From: Azolla caroliniana
Taxonomy: Eukaryota > Plantae > Polypodiophyta
Assembly (NCBI GenBank): GCA_043228905.1
Contig: JBHGNT010000007.1
Coordinates: forward strand, 3,410,001 to 3,474,000
Length of the DNA stretch: 64,000 bases
Reading direction: 5' to 3'
This document shows positions 61,281-64,000 of this stretch, in pieces (the first letter of the stretch is position 1; each line of letters begins with the position of its first letter). Below the pieces are notes generated by a model that was not told the origin of the DNA, searched no databases, and worked only from the letters and a program-made list of their open reading frames with translations. The translations under genes and the position numbers were made by a program.

Positions 61281-61444
61281 TCTTTCAATGACTAGATGGT
61301 GTGGTGGGTGATGAAGATGGAGGGGATTAGTGATTGATCAAAAACTATATAGGTAATTAGTGATTGATTAGAATAAAGAGCAAGACGATAATATGTTTTG
61401 GGGCTTTGTGGATTGATTTTTGGCACTAAACAATTGTATAAGGA

Positions 61445-61484
<40 letters not shown>

Positions 61485-62273
61485 ATAAAACAAAAGTTAA
61501 TGTTTAGCAACACAATCTATAAAAAAGGGGTATCCATAAAATTCATGTTTAGTTACATATGTATTTAGATGCATCTTATACATAACCAACTCAACAATTT
61601 AGTTCTATGATAACGAGAATGACACGATGGTGCCATGGATTGGGTCAAGCATGTGTACATGGCATCGCATAAGGGACAATGCATGACCCCTATAAAGTCC
61701 ATGAGCTTATACTTTCGTTTGAATCTATATTGTCATTCACAGATTATTATAAGTATGACACGACCATGCACGTGGAGTGGGTTGATGAGGCTAGCACTAG
61801 AGCATGTGAACATGGTATCGTATAAAGGGTCAATGCATGTATGTAGAATGATGTCCTTTTGCAAAGTGCAAGGAGGGGAGACAAACACAGGGATAAAAGA
61901 AGACCCAAACCCATACATAGACTTAAAGGGAAAAGAGAAAATCTCGATAGAGACAAATTAAGACCTAGGCCTAAAGCCAAACAATGATAGATTGAGAGCG
62001 ACATGGACAAACAAAGACCGATAGCCAAACAGGGACAAGTATAGAGAAAGAGGACACATAGGCGGTGGACTGAGACCGAAATGGGAATAGAGACATGCAA
62101 AGACGTAGACCTAGATGCAGAGGTAACGATATTGGAAGCCCCGACCAACCGAGGTATGAATGAACACACAAAGACTCGTAGCCAAACGAAGACTAAGGCA
62201 CAGAAAGAGGAGAAATTCGAGGACCACTGGCGAAAATGGGAACATGGAACAAATGTAGACGCCAGAAGGCCAT

Positions 62274-62307
<34 letters not shown>

Positions 62308-62312
<5 letters not shown>

Positions 62313-63640
62313 AAGAAAGAAAGAAAGATATATTAACGTCTTCTAAGGCCAAAATTGGCCCATGAGACAAATGGTGTACAACAAAAATGGGATATTTACC
62401 CATTCATCGAAAGTAAAAATAAAAATAAGATAAAATAGAGTTTAAGCTAAATAGTTCTAAGAAAACAACAAACATGTTCTATATAAAAAACATGTTCTAC
62501 AATGAGAATGATTCTATACTAGGCCTAATTTCATTTCCATCCAAGTCTCTCGAAGAGAAGCGGGGGGTCAAAGGGTTGCCATGATGTGGATGTGGCCCGT
62601 GGTCCCCATGTAAGAGGTACCCCAACCATAGCTTCGAGTCGGCGTAGCTCACGTTCCCTTATCTTCTTAATCTTTTCTACTCCACGTTGACTTGTGTTGA
62701 AGCCCAACATCCGAGGACGTTTGGTTGCTCTTTGTATTTCTGCTTCCTCAAGGGAGAGGCCGAGCGGCATAAGTGTATCCACATTCATCGTCTCCCCATG
62801 TTCCTGAAAAATTACACTAGGTACATGTTGATGAGTAGTAAAAGGGTTATGATTAACACTTTGTAATTTATCCTCCCTATGTTGTTTTAGCTCTAAGATA
62901 TACCTGCCTAGTCTCTTTACACTCGGGGTATCTAATAGTTTGGAGAGGGTGGGAGAGGGTCCTAGTATGTCTTGGTATTCCGCCCGTATCTCGGCATAAG
63001 TTGGGCACTTGCATGTGAAGTGATACTCATCCTCTATCTCTATGTGGCATAACCTACATAGCCTTTCCTCTCTAGGGACTCTATTAGCTCGACCATTCTC
63101 AATCTCAAGTTGGTGAGATGATATCCTAAGTTGTCCAATGGCCACCCTTAGTGCATTTGATAAGAAAGTATCTAGGTATCTTGGTCGTGTAATAAACCCT
63201 AACTTAGAGAAGTGCAAGAAGTGTTCCTTATAGTACACCATTTTAGATGGGAGTGGCTCTCGTGGGGTGATCCATTTGTATCGAGTGTAGATTTGCCATA
63301 TTTCTTGGCGTATCACTTTATTACGATCTTCACGAGAGATTAAAGTTTGATCAGTCCCATGGTTGTACTTAAGGGGAGGTAGGTTATTAATGTCTATGCC
63401 ATTTGCAAATAACCAACTCACCACAATGCTATACCAAGAGTTGGTGTCTCCAGACACATGTAAGGATCGGGATGCCTCAAAGGCTCGACGGGATATCCTA
63501 TCTTGTGGTTGACTATGTATCCGATGAATAAAAGCTACCACTTGAAAGAGTGCTTCTACTAACATCGGGGGTAGGCTAAACTCCGCTCTAATAATGACAG
63601 AGAGCAAGAGACATGATAGAGAGAGGGCGAATGGGAGCTC
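62308..63640 (-). mobile_element. 5'-truncated LINE (ORF2 C-terminus with CCHC zinc finger), flanked by (CT)n/(CTTT)n and (CATA)n/(CA)n microsatellites
   Basis: Open 370-aa frame 62531..63643 containing LRVAIGQLRISSHQLEIENGR...CRLCHIEIEDEYHFTCKC; 3' tail matches the 57976-58770 copy. Confidence 0.88.
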
Positions 63641-63653
63641 CATCTCGCTTCAT

Positions 63654-63688
63654 TACATATACATACATACATACATACTTATTGACAT

Positions 63689-63735
<47 letters not shown>

Positions 63736-63948
63736 CATACATGCATACACACACACATATACATATGTACATACATACACACATATATACATACATACAT
63801 ATGCATACATACACACACATACATACTTAACATACATACATACATACGTAACATACATAGATACATACGTAACATACATACATACATACATACGTACGTA
63901 CATGCATACATACATACGCATACATATACGGATAGATATACACACAGA
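63654..63948. repeat. Compound (CATA)n/(CA)n microsatellite
   Basis: Directly visible; generates the spurious YIHT/MYVC ORFs. Confidence 0.95.
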
Positions 63949-64000
63949 TAGAGCGCCTCACTCAACTCTGTTCATCGAAGCAACGGTCTCTCTCTCTCTC

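Noticed and set aside
61747-62403. 218-aa hydrophobic minus-strand ORF
   Set aside because: Spans a LINE 3' tail, a (CT)n tract and a purine-skewed low-complexity region; composition explains the open frame.
63588-63965. Several 78-125 aa ORFs (MYVC/YIHT-rich), also at 18973-19367
   Set aside because: Translations of (CATA)n/(CA)n microsatellites.

Overview
AT-rich eukaryotic plant genomic DNA. The intronless PLS-class PPR genes, Tcn1-like chromovirus and microsatellite-rich spacers suggest a seed-free vascular plant such as a fern; this is inference. Five host genes: an F-box/LRR-like gene (+), a 12-exon RAD51B (-), two intronless PLS/E-type PPR genes (+ and -) and an 8-exon PEX22 (+). Between them are two nests of mobile elements whose boundaries can be read base by base. 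(1) A hAT-type non-autonomous element with an 8-bp TSD, whose right TIR is split by a full-length Ty3/gypsy chromovirus. This chromovirus shows a Tf1-style self-priming site, a G-TTA-AAC -1 frameshift site followed by an 11-bp stem/pseudoknot, and an antisense tRNA-like A/B-box module in both LTRs. (2) A solo LTR with a 5-bp TSD containing a compact non-chromovirus Ty3/gypsy element with 220-bp LTRs, a 4-bp ATAT TSD, a tRNA-Ala-like PBS and a G-GGA-AAC -1 frameshift site, a combination atypical of seed-plant gypsy lineages. Also present: a 3-codon uORF whose stop overlaps the RAD51B start codon (TGATG), a microsatellite-associated tRNA-like SINE family, inverted LINE 3' ends and several tandem repeats. 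All coordinates were read by eye; no database searches were run.
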